Below are positions 52,299 through 60,286 of a stretch of DNA of 64,000 bases, piece after piece. The notes below the pieces were generated by a model. It had not been told where the DNA came from. It did no database searches and saw only the letters and a program-made list of their open reading frames with translations. The stretch spans positions 104,630 to 168,629 of the forward strand of contig DJJA01000006.1 of the NCBI GenBank assembly GCA_002433895.1, given 5' to 3'. This DNA comes from Candidatus Gottesmanbacteria bacterium UBA6580. Lineage in GTDB: Bacteria > Patescibacteriota > Microgenomatia > UBA10105 > UBA927. The position numbers and the translations under genes were made by a program. Positions within the stretch are counted from its first letter, which is position 1, and every line of letters begins with the position of its first letter.

Positions 52299-52629
52299 AT
52301 AATCTTCCTCCGACTATTGCATCATCTTTGTCCGGAACTATCAAGACGCACTCATGATTTTCATCTGGGACTCCAAGCGTAAGCACCTCAGACACAAACG
52401 GACCGATTTGACGGGGTGGGAAGTTTACGACCCCCAGCACTTTCTTTCCGATCAGCGCCTCTTTCGTATAGTATGTTACAAGCTGCGCGCTCGACCGTTT
52501 TTTACCTATTTCGCTACCGAAATCTATAGTGAGTTTATAGGCGGGTTTTCTCGCCTCGGGAAAATCGTCGACCGCCACAATAACACCAACCCGTATATCC
52601 AACGCCGCGAAATTGTCATACATAGCCAT
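52294..52629 (-). CDS. csaA: CsaA/Trbp111-type tRNA-binding protein
   Basis: F..LDIRVG, PEARKPAYKL.IDFG..IG.K.SSAQ, VVNFPPRQIG...SEVL.LG. Confidence 0.9.
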   Translation of the reverse strand: MAMYDNFAALDIRVGVIVAVDDFPEARKPAYKLTIDFGSEIGKKRSSAQLVTYYTKEALIGKKVLGVVNFPPRQIGPFVSEVLTLGVPDENHECVLIVPDKDDAIVGGRLY

Positions 52630-52630
52630 A

Positions 52631-52843
52631 ATAAAACCCTCTCCTTACACAAATCAGGCAGTATTCCTGAAATGTAAGGGCGAGGGTAAATCCCGCGGTA
52701 CCACCTTACTTTTCGCCTCCGCCAAACGGCGGATTGCGAATCTTCATTTAAGCAGTCACGGGCTTTCCCGTCTCCGTTATTGGCGGAGCCACCTCTTATT
52801 CCGGTCGGATCTCGGAACGAACGTGTTTCACGTACAATCGATT
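52631..52843 (-). promoter_or_regulatory. T-box riboswitch (Pro, ultrashort stem I) with terminator/RBS sequestrator
   Basis: AAGGUGGUACCGCG antiterminator (52707-52694) closed by CGCCCUU; competing long stem followed by UUUUAUU; stem IIA/B ACGGG-AAAG-CCCGU..GCUU; stem I loop with CCG. Confidence 0.85.
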
Positions 52844-52849
52844 ACTCAT

Positions 52850-52878
52850 AGTGTAGCCGATAACAAACCACCAGTCAA
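52850..52878 (-). promoter_or_regulatory. sigma70 promoter of the T-box leader
   Basis: TTGACT, 17-nt spacer, TACACT. Confidence 0.75.
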
Positions 52879-52894
52879 CGGGATCACCAACGCA

Positions 52895-53923
52895 TTAGTT
52901 ATCCGGCGAGTTGCCGCCATCACCATTATTGTTGCCATTATTATCATTGTTATCATCCTGCCTACCCTGATTGTTTCCGTCACTATTACTACGGTTATTG
53001 CCCCGCCCCTGATCACCGTTGTCCTCCCCGTCTTCCTGTTCCGTGATATCTGGCTGCGATGCTATAATCTCCAATTCGTCAATAACTTCCTGTATTTCGT
53101 CATCAACGTCCGTAATAGAGGTGTCGTTCACTACTCCCCCTGAGGGGGGTGCTACTACCACATCGGTGATTTGCTCCGCGATAGTTTCCGTCTCCTGCTG
53201 TGATACGCTCAGTTGCTCTGCGATTGCCTGAATTTCGGCCGATGCGGGGGCATTTGCCGGTTGGGCAGCTGCCTGTTGTTGCAATGCCCGTAACTGTTGC
53301 GCCTGAAGCGCGAGTTGCGCCTGTAATTGCTGTGACTGCTGTGACAGTGATTGCTGTGACTGCTGCTGCAATTCCGCTTGCAATGCTAATACCTGATCAA
53401 GCTGCATCTGTAGGTTGGCTTGTAATTGCTGTGCGCTTGTATCGGGAGCGAACTGCCGCTTTACGGGTTTTGCAGTAGGACGTGCCTTGGTCTTCACTTG
53501 TTGTGCTTTTAACTCATTGGAAACACCCTGCAGAGTCGTGATATATTGCTTGGCAGCTTCCCGTTTCTTTTCAACGGTCGGCGCCTTTTCAATCATGACC
53601 TTTGTCGCTTGCACCTGGGCGGAAAGCAGCGATAATCCTTCATAAGATTGCCGGCTTGCCAGTAATGTCTTTGCCTCTTCAAGCCTGCGCTTCGTATAGT
53701 GCGAATTGAGACTTGCCTGGGCGTCATATGAAGGTCTTGCCACAGCGAGCAACGTCTGCTCAAACGACCGCTTCACCCCGTACATCGTGTCGCCCGGCAA
53801 ACTACTCCATGATGCCATAATAAGGATGGTGGGAGCAGCAAATACAGCAATAAAACCCCAACTGAGGTAATCAAAAGCTTTGTTCACTACCCTAACAGTA
53901 AGCAATATCGTTACCGGTGTCAA
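52895..53923 (-). CDS. DUF5667-like membrane-anchored protein with Q-rich coiled coil and N/D/G-rich tail
   Basis: SLPGD.MY.VKR..E, RRLEEA; low-complexity C-terminus; start codon uncertain. Confidence 0.7.
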   Translation of the reverse strand: MTPVTILLTVRVVNKAFDYLSWGFIAVFAAPTILIMASWSSLPGDTMYGVKRSFEQTLLAVARPSYDAQASLNSHYTKRRLEEAKTLLASRQSYEGLSLLSAQVQATKVMIEKAPTVEKKREAAKQYITTLQGVSNELKAQQVKTKARPTAKPVKRQFAPDTSAQQLQANLQMQLDQVLALQAELQQQSQQSLSQQSQQLQAQLALQAQQLRALQQQAAAQPANAPASAEIQAIAEQLSVSQQETETIAEQITDVVVAPPSGGVVNDTSITDVDDEIQEVIDELEIIASQPDITEQEDGEDNGDQGRGNNRSNSDGNNQGRQDDNNDNNGNNNGDGGNSPDN

Positions 53924-53956
53924 TCACACGAAAAAAAAATGAAGAAAGCTGGTGTC

Positions 53957-55066
53957 TTATCCGCGCACAAGCCGGAGAATATCGTTTATCGAAACCAGAA
54001 GCACTAACCCTAACAAAATAATCATGCCTATCTGATGGGTAGACTTTTCAAACGCGGGATGAGCCCGGCGGCCGAGTATTTTTTCCAAAAAGACAAATGC
54101 AAGCCTGCCGCCATCAAGCGCCGGGATCGGCAGGATATTTAATACCGCCAGATTAAGTGACAATATGCTCGCAAATTCCAGTACCGCTTGCCATCCGAAT
54201 TTAACCGCCTGACCCGTCACTTGCGCTATCCCAATGGGTCCCGCGACATCTGCTTCCGGCGCGCGGAGTGTCACGAGACGCCATAGCGTGGAACCGAGCG
54301 ACACCAGCATCTCTTTTGCGCGCATGATATTGATCATAAATGCCTTGCCCGGGGCTTCAGTCAAGGTGTATTTATGTGTTTCCAAATCTGATATTGCTAC
54401 CCCTAACGGTCCCTCACCCGGCGGAACCTCTTTACGTGGGGTGACCGTAATATTCATATCCTGACCATCACGGACAACGTGAAGCGTCACTTCATTGCCT
54501 TTTTCCTCATTCACAAACGCAATGAGCTCAGCGGGAGTCGTCAGCTTCATGGGTTTTTGATCACGAACGGCGATAGACACGAGCGTGTCGTTTAACTGGA
54601 ATCCTGCTTTTTCTGCCGGGCTCCCTGCGACAATCCGTTCAACACGCACGATACCGGATGGCTCCTTCACTCCAGAAACGAGCAGAGCAGCAGTAATACC
54701 CACCGCGAGAATAAAATTCATTATGACCCCGGCCGCCAATATCACCGAGCGTTCTTTTTTGCTTCGAGCCCAAAAATACTCACCCAGCTTTTGACGCTGG
54801 TCAGGCCGGAGCTTACCTTTTATTTTTGATAACTGTCCGGAAGACGCGTCATCTTCCCCTGCTAAGCGCACAAAACCGCCGATAGGAAGCCAATTGAGGG
54901 AATATATGGTATTTCCGAACTTCTTCCCCCAAATACGCGGAGGCAACCCCAATCCAAATTCTTCTACCCGAACACCAATCCAGCGGGCCATCATAAAATG
55001 TCCGAGTTCATGGATAAGGACAAGGACGGTGAGAATGACGAGAAATGTAAGGGCAGTGAGGATCAT
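53957..55066 (-). CDS. rseP: RIP metalloprotease RseP (M50)
   Basis: HELGH, PDZ, GPIGI, N.LPIPALDGG. Confidence 0.95.
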   Translation of the reverse strand: MILTALTFLVILTVLVLIHELGHFMMARWIGVRVEEFGLGLPPRIWGKKFGNTIYSLNWLPIGGFVRLAGEDDASSGQLSKIKGKLRPDQRQKLGEYFWARSKKERSVILAAGVIMNFILAVGITAALLVSGVKEPSGIVRVERIVAGSPAEKAGFQLNDTLVSIAVRDQKPMKLTTPAELIAFVNEEKGNEVTLHVVRDGQDMNITVTPRKEVPPGEGPLGVAISDLETHKYTLTEAPGKAFMINIMRAKEMLVSLGSTLWRLVTLRAPEADVAGPIGIAQVTGQAVKFGWQAVLEFASILSLNLAVLNILPIPALDGGRLAFVFLEKILGRRAHPAFEKSTHQIGMIILLGLVLLVSINDILRLVRG

Positions 55067-55075
55067 GGTGATGGA

Positions 55076-55639
55076 TTATACCTGCATGAGCTCCGCTTCT
55101 TTTTTTGCCTCCATCGCTTCGAGTTCGGCAATCATTTCATCTGTTAATTCCTGTACTTTCTTTTCCCCGGATTTTTTCTCATCTTCGCCAAGATCCTTGC
55201 TGGAAAGCGCGCCGTCAAGTTCTTTCATCGCGTCGTGACGGACACCGCGTACCATGACTTTACCTGCCTCTAACTTTGCTTTAGCGAGCTTAATATAATC
55301 CTGTCGGCGTTCTTCTGAAAGCGGCGGGATACTTATCCGAAGTATTTCCCCGTCAACAATCGGATTGAGCCCCACATTGGCGGCGGCAATGCCCCGTTCG
55401 ATTTCTGAAAGTATCGATGGATCATATGGAGAAATAACAAGCGTCTTACTGTCTATTGCGGAAATAGTGGCAAGTTCCATCACTTTAAGGTGCTGGGTGG
55501 CACCGTACACGGCAACAACAATATTTTCGACCAACGCGGGGGTTGCCCTACCGCTCCGTATAGAAGAAAGGTCAACGCGCGTTACTTCTATGGCTTTTTT
55601 CATCCGTTCGCGGGTTGAGTGAAGAAGTGCGTCAATCAT
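55076..55639 (-). CDS. frr: ribosome recycling factor
   Basis: IRSGRA.P, I.PYD, IPPLSEERR, VR.VR. Confidence 0.95.
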   Translation of the reverse strand: MIDALLHSTRERMKKAIEVTRVDLSSIRSGRATPALVENIVVAVYGATQHLKVMELATISAIDSKTLVISPYDPSILSEIERGIAAANVGLNPIVDGEILRISIPPLSEERRQDYIKLAKAKLEAGKVMVRGVRHDAMKELDGALSSKDLGEDEKKSGEKKVQELTDEMIAELEAMEAKKEAELMQV

Positions 55640-55709
55640 TGGTATTAGTTTAGGCGACAAACACGCACCAGTCAATAGCATCTTGTTTTATTGATAAGGA
55701 AAGAGAGCA

Positions 55710-55773
55710 GTGCCGGTTTTCATCCCGCTACGCGGGATGGCACGTCGAGAGGAAACCGTAGGTGTCCTCTCGA
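55710..55773. repeat. intergenic palindromes between tsf and frr
   Basis: CATCCCG-ctacg-CGGGATG and TCGAGAGGA..TCCTCTCGA. Confidence 0.6.
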
Positions 55774-55780
55774 GATAAGT

Positions 55781-56239
55781 TTACTCCCCCAACTGCATGC
55801 GGGTAAATTTCGCGACAGTGATGTTTTCGCCTACTTTCGCGATCGTAAGTTTAATAAGATCCGTAATTGATTGCTTCGCATCCCGGATATATGCGCCTTC
55901 CAACAGCTCCTTCACGTCTTTCGGGTTCATCGCGGCGATTTGCATGGCAATCTCGTGAGCAAGTGTTTTAAACTCATCGGTTCTCGCCACAAAATCGGTC
56001 TCGCAACGGAGCTCCACAAGCACCCCTACCTTGCCACCGGCATGAACGTAGGATTCGATAATTCCCTGGCTTGTTTCTTTACCTTCTTTTTTGGCTGCCT
56101 TCTCCAATCCCCGCTCCGTCAGAAGTTTTTTTGCTTTGTCGTAGTTTCCCTCTGCGTCTTCCAATGCTTGCCGACAATCAGACACGCCTGCGGAAGTTTC
56201 TTCACGAAGTTTTTTGAGATCATCAATAGACACTTTCAT
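55781..56239 (-). CDS. tsf: elongation factor Ts (short, 152 aa)
   Basis: KKLREET.AG..DC..AL, E..CETDFVAR, GENI.V..F.R. Confidence 0.95.
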   Translation of the reverse strand: MKVSIDDLKKLREETSAGVSDCRQALEDAEGNYDKAKKLLTERGLEKAAKKEGKETSQGIIESYVHAGGKVGVLVELRCETDFVARTDEFKTLAHEIAMQIAAMNPKDVKELLEGAYIRDAKQSITDLIKLTIAKVGENITVAKFTRMQLGE

Positions 56240-56279
56240 GTTTGTTCCTTTCTGTGCATCCCGCAAAATCCGGGAAAAG

Positions 56280-57107
56280 TTATTTCTCTGCCTTTTTCTT
56301 TTTCTCTTCAACCGGTTTCTCTTCTTTTGCCGCTTCCTTTTCCGCCGCTTCTGCCTTCACTTCGGTTTTTGCCGGCGCTTTTTCTGTAGCTGCTTTTTCC
56401 GCGGCTTTGGCGGTTTCTTTTTCCAGTTTCTCACGGGCTTCGCGATAACTTTCAGCGACTGCGGTCACGATAAGTTCAACAGACCCCACGGCGTCATCAT
56501 TTGCCGGGATAACATAATCGATACCACTCGGATTTGCATTCGTATCAACAATACCGATAACAGGTATACCGAGGCGCTGCGCTTCCCGCACCGCTGACTG
56601 TTCTTTACGGACATCAACGACAAAGATGGCCTTGGGAAGTGAGTCGAGCATGAGCACGCCTTCATAATCCACGTTCAAACGGTTGAGATAACGCGCCATT
56701 TTTGTCTGCTCGTGTTTGGGAAATTTCTTCCATCCGCCGTTTTTCTGGTCATCCATCATTTTAATGATTTTTTGGATATTTTTGTGAACCCCTTCCCAGT
56801 TGGTCATAAATCCGCCAATCCACCGCTGGGTAAGGTACGAGGCTCCGGCGTTTTGTGCTGCAGTCTTTACCACTCCGCGTGCCTGCCGCTTGGTACCAAC
56901 AAAAAGCACAGTTTCGCCCGCTTCCCCGAGCGCGCGTACAAACGCGACAGCCGCGTCTAATCCCGCCTTGGTTTTTGCAAGATCGATTATGTGGATACCG
57001 TCTTTTTCTGCCCAAATAAATTCAGACGCTTTGGGGTGCCAACGCTCTGCTTTGTGACCGAAATGGCAACCTGCTTCTAATAACTGCTCTAATGTTGTGT
57101 CATGCAT
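56280..57107 (-). CDS. rpsB: 30S ribosomal protein S2
   Basis: LLEAG.HFGH..RW.PK, FVGTK, RW.GG.MTN, DTN, PANDDA. Confidence 0.97.
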   Translation of the reverse strand: MHDTTLEQLLEAGCHFGHKAERWHPKASEFIWAEKDGIHIIDLAKTKAGLDAAVAFVRALGEAGETVLFVGTKRQARGVVKTAAQNAGASYLTQRWIGGFMTNWEGVHKNIQKIIKMMDDQKNGGWKKFPKHEQTKMARYLNRLNVDYEGVLMLDSLPKAIFVVDVRKEQSAVREAQRLGIPVIGIVDTNANPSGIDYVIPANDDAVGSVELIVTAVAESYREAREKLEKETAKAAEKAATEKAPAKTEVKAEAAEKEAAKEEKPVEEKKKKAEK

Positions 57108-57149
57108 ATGTTTTTTCCTTTTATTACTAAAATTAATAAATATTAATAC

Positions 57150-57291
57150 CCAATAAAAAACACGCGATACGCGTGTTTATATAATTCGCGTATCTCTTTA
57201 TACCGCCACCCGGGAAAAGAATTGCTTCTCAAGAGATACTCCCGAATGTGTGGAATAGAACATATTATACACAGCGGGAGACCACTTCGCA
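57150..57291 (-). promoter_or_regulatory. rpsB promoter and structured 5' leader
   Basis: TTGCGA-17-TATAAT; leader contains CCACAC near its start; GUAUCUCU/AGAGAUAC stem; AAACACGCG-uau-CGCGUGUUU hairpin followed by Us. Confidence 0.65.
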
Positions 57292-57312
57292 AGTGAGGCC
57301 GCATCAGTATAA

Positions 57313-58623
57313 TTACGGCAGAGGAAATGCAGCACACAAAGACTTCACTCTATCGGCAATTGCACGCAATTCGTGATGTTGAGCAAACTCTTTTTTCGTT
57401 TGTGCGATAAACGCGAGCCGCTCTGCTTTTTCTTCCGGCAAATGCATATCTTTTACCAAATGAATAACGTCCATGATCCATACGCCAATTTTTTTCATTT
57501 CCTCCTCTTTCATCCCGCGGGTAGTAATCGCGGGCGTCCCCAGCCGGATACCGGATGGATACACAGATGAACCGGTATCAAACGGGACGGTGTTGCGATT
57601 GACGATAATATTGGCAAACTCAAGCGCCCACGCGACGACCCATGCTGAAGCGTTGATACTCCGAAGATCAATTAATACCAGATGTTTATCAGTACCTCCC
57701 GATACCACATCCAACCCCGCACTCACGAAATAGTTCGCAAGTACCTGTGCGTTGGTAACCACCTGACGGGCATACGCTTTAAACCCCTCTGAATGCGCTT
57801 CTTCGAGCGCCACGGCAATACCGGCGATGGTATGTTCGTGAGGACCACCCTGGATACCCGGAAACACCGATTGGTCTATAGCAGCGCTCAGCTCTTTTTT
57901 GGAAAAAATCATCGCGCCCCGGGGGCCACGCAATGTTTTGTGCGTTGTCATCATCACCACATCGGCATACAAAAACGGTGACGCGTTTACCCCGCCCGCG
58001 ATAAGGCCGGCTTCGTGAGACACGTCTGCCAGGTAATACGCGCCGACATCATGCGCAATTTCACTCATGCGTTTATGATCGATTTCCCGTGGATACGCCG
58101 TGCCGCCGGATATAAGAAGCTTGGGCTTCACTTCCCTTGCCTGCGCTGCGATCGCGTCATAATCAAAAAGGCGGGTAGATGTGTCAACGTGATAAAACGT
58201 GATATCCCATATCTTCGAAACCAACGTGATTTTTTTATCCGGCAACTGCCAGCCATGAGAAAGATGACCGCCATCGGGCAAATACATAGAGAGTATTTTT
58301 TCTCCCGGTTCAAGCAATGCGGCAATAATCGCAAGATTAGCCGGACTTCCGCTTAACGCCTGCACGTTAACTCCCCACACGGCTTCCGAAAGTCCAAAAA
58401 GACGGAGCGCCCGGGATTTACAGAGTGTTTCTAACTCATCCACCACACTATTGCCCTGATAATACCGCTTCATCGCCTGACCTTCCGCGTATTTATTCAT
58501 GAACACAGAGCCGACTGCGGCCCGGACATCCGATGATGCGTAATTTTCTGAGGGGATCATTTCCAAAACTTCGCTTTGGCGCTTCGCTTCTGAGGAAATA
58601 AGATGGGAGATGCTGGTATCCAT
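57313..58623 (-). CDS. glyA: serine hydroxymethyltransferase
   Basis: IPSENY, NKYAEG, SGSPAN, GGHLSH, TTHKTLRGPRG, GGTD.H, SGIRLGTPA.T.RG. Confidence 0.97.
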   Translation of the reverse strand: MDTSISHLISSEAKRQSEVLEMIPSENYASSDVRAAVGSVFMNKYAEGQAMKRYYQGNSVVDELETLCKSRALRLFGLSEAVWGVNVQALSGSPANLAIIAALLEPGEKILSMYLPDGGHLSHGWQLPDKKITLVSKIWDITFYHVDTSTRLFDYDAIAAQAREVKPKLLISGGTAYPREIDHKRMSEIAHDVGAYYLADVSHEAGLIAGGVNASPFLYADVVMMTTHKTLRGPRGAMIFSKKELSAAIDQSVFPGIQGGPHEHTIAGIAVALEEAHSEGFKAYARQVVTNAQVLANYFVSAGLDVVSGGTDKHLVLIDLRSINASAWVVAWALEFANIIVNRNTVPFDTGSSVYPSGIRLGTPAITTRGMKEEEMKKIGVWIMDVIHLVKDMHLPEEKAERLAFIAQTKKEFAQHHELRAIADRVKSLCAAFPLP

Positions 58624-58634
58624 AATCCTTCCTA

Positions 58635-59438
58635 TTATACCAGTTTAGGAGGGATACGGGTTTTTTCAGCAAGCCGGATAACGGCGGGCTCAAACGCACC
58701 ACAGATAAACGGCCGGAGAGCGGCATCTGGGATATGTGCCCACGTTTCATACCGGAGCAATTCCTTGGGTTCATCCGCCAACCCATCCTGTACAGAAATG
58801 ATGAGTGGCTTGCTGGTATCAAAAAATTGGCGTCCGCCGTTTGCAAGTGAAATGCCTCCTCCCGTATCAGGGATTATTTTGTTGCCACTTCCTTTCGCGT
58901 ACTCTACCAGCTCTTCGCGTGTAAACGGCCGCATACTTGCCTGTGCTCTGACCATAACGGTTTGCGGTTCAGATACACCGTTTTTGTCGCAGCGTATTGC
59001 AGTAAGCGCGCTCACAATTTCGACCGTTTTTCCTGATTGATCCATGGCTTCAGGAGAAGTCGCTGCCCACACCACCGGATCCCCCTGCGGTTTTTCGTGG
59101 ATTGAAATAGAACCATCAGGTTGATGGACAAACTGTACCGAATCGGTATACAGATACATGTGTCCGCGTTCTGATTTTACTTTTTGTGCTTCGTTCACCA
59201 TCACATCTGATAGTCCACAGACGGCACTGACCCACGCAGCGTCTTCCCGGGCTTTTCCTTCCGCAATGTACACTGGACGTTCTTCAGTGTGGGGTGCGGT
59301 TTGTTTAATCCGCCATTCGTTAAATGAAGGTTCTTTACGGGTTATTTCCCATTCCGGCAAGGCAGTTTGATAGATACGGTCTTTTTGGTATCCGCCGTTT
59401 TTGGTAACGATGGTGATAGTGGGACGTTCGGTGTTCAT
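58635..59438 (-). CDS. divergent Maf-like nucleotide pyrophosphatase
   Basis: Order of E.., AEGKA, TDSV, EKP, SG.TV...SA, M.PF..EEL.EY and D..GG matches the Maf fold. Confidence 0.55.
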   Translation of the reverse strand: MNTERPTITIVTKNGGYQKDRIYQTALPEWEITRKEPSFNEWRIKQTAPHTEERPVYIAEGKAREDAAWVSAVCGLSDVMVNEAQKVKSERGHMYLYTDSVQFVHQPDGSISIHEKPQGDPVVWAATSPEAMDQSGKTVEIVSALTAIRCDKNGVSEPQTVMVRAQASMRPFTREELVEYAKGSGNKIIPDTGGGISLANGGRQFFDTSKPLIISVQDGLADEPKELLRYETWAHIPDAALRPFICGAFEPAVIRLAEKTRIPPKLV

Positions 59439-59444
59439 AGTTTT

Positions 59445-59689
59445 TTAAAACAAAAAAGACCCTTGTGGGGTCTTACAAAAGAAAAAACTAAAAAACACTT
59501 ACTCGCCGACGTTTTTTCGTTTGGTGAACCCCGTCCCCCCGCCGTAGCGGGGTTCTAGCTGGCCAAGTCATCCTTGGCGGGCTTCGTTACTTGAGAAAAA
59601 ACCTGTATTGTAATGTTAAAACAAAAAAGGCGCTCAAAAAAGCTTTTAAGCGCTTTTGTTATTTATACCACTCCACCCATGGCTTGTCA
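59445..59689 (-). promoter_or_regulatory. promoter plus structured leader with two terminator-like hairpins
   Basis: TTGACA-17-TATAAA; GCGCUUAAAA..UUUUGAGCGC + U6; AAGACCC..GGGUCUU + U-tract. Confidence 0.6.
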
Positions 59690-60286
59690 AGTGGCAACTA
59701 TAGGATACACTCCACGCACGATGTCAGCCTCAAAAACAAGGCGAAATCCCCCTGCCATAGGCACGTACGGCACTATTGCCATCAGATGTGCAGTATCGAG
59801 CGTGGTGCCCCGGTAGTACGCGGCAGCAACCATGATGGGGTCCCCATGAGAAACAAGGCAAATAGCCTTACCAGAGTGCTCCAGACGCTTTTCCTCGACT
59901 ACAGATACCACCCTCGCACGTATCTCTTCAATAGTTTCCCCACCCTGCTTTTGATACCACTGGGTGTCGTATATTTGCCAATTCCAACCTCCAAGTGCCT
60001 GAATTTCATCGGGCGTCTTCCCTTGGAACGGCGACCGTACTTCATTCAGGCGCTCATCAACCACCGGCGCGAGATGGTGAGCGCGAGCCAAAATATCGGC
60101 GGTTTCCCGGGTCCGCTCCATGGGACTCGTCACCATTGCGGCAATCTGCTCCCCAGCCAGTTGCCGGGATAGTACCTCCACCTGGCGTATGCCTTCCGGC
60201 GATAAATGAAACCCAGGCAACCGGTACGGTGCGACAGGCGCAGGACTTTCATAGTGCCCATGGCGGAGAAGGTAAATTGTGGTCAT
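59687..60286 (-). CDS. histidine phosphatase family protein
   Basis: LLRHG, SP..RT.ETA, L.E, GE, VSHGD. Confidence 0.92.
   Translation of the reverse strand: MTTIYLLRHGHYESPAPVAPYRLPGFHLSPEGIRQVEVLSRQLAGEQIAAMVTSPMERTRETADILARAHHLAPVVDERLNEVRSPFQGKTPDEIQALGGWNWQIYDTQWYQKQGGETIEEIRARVVSVVEEKRLEHSGKAICLVSHGDPIMVAAAYYRGTTLDTAHLMAIVPYVPMAGGFRLVFEADIVRGVYPIVAT

Noticed and set aside
59445-59600. ZTP or THF riboswitch for glyA; IS200/IS605 right end
   Set aside because: Consensus nucleotides of these riboswitches were not found, glyA has its own TATAAT, and the IS-end resemblance is weak with no transposase present
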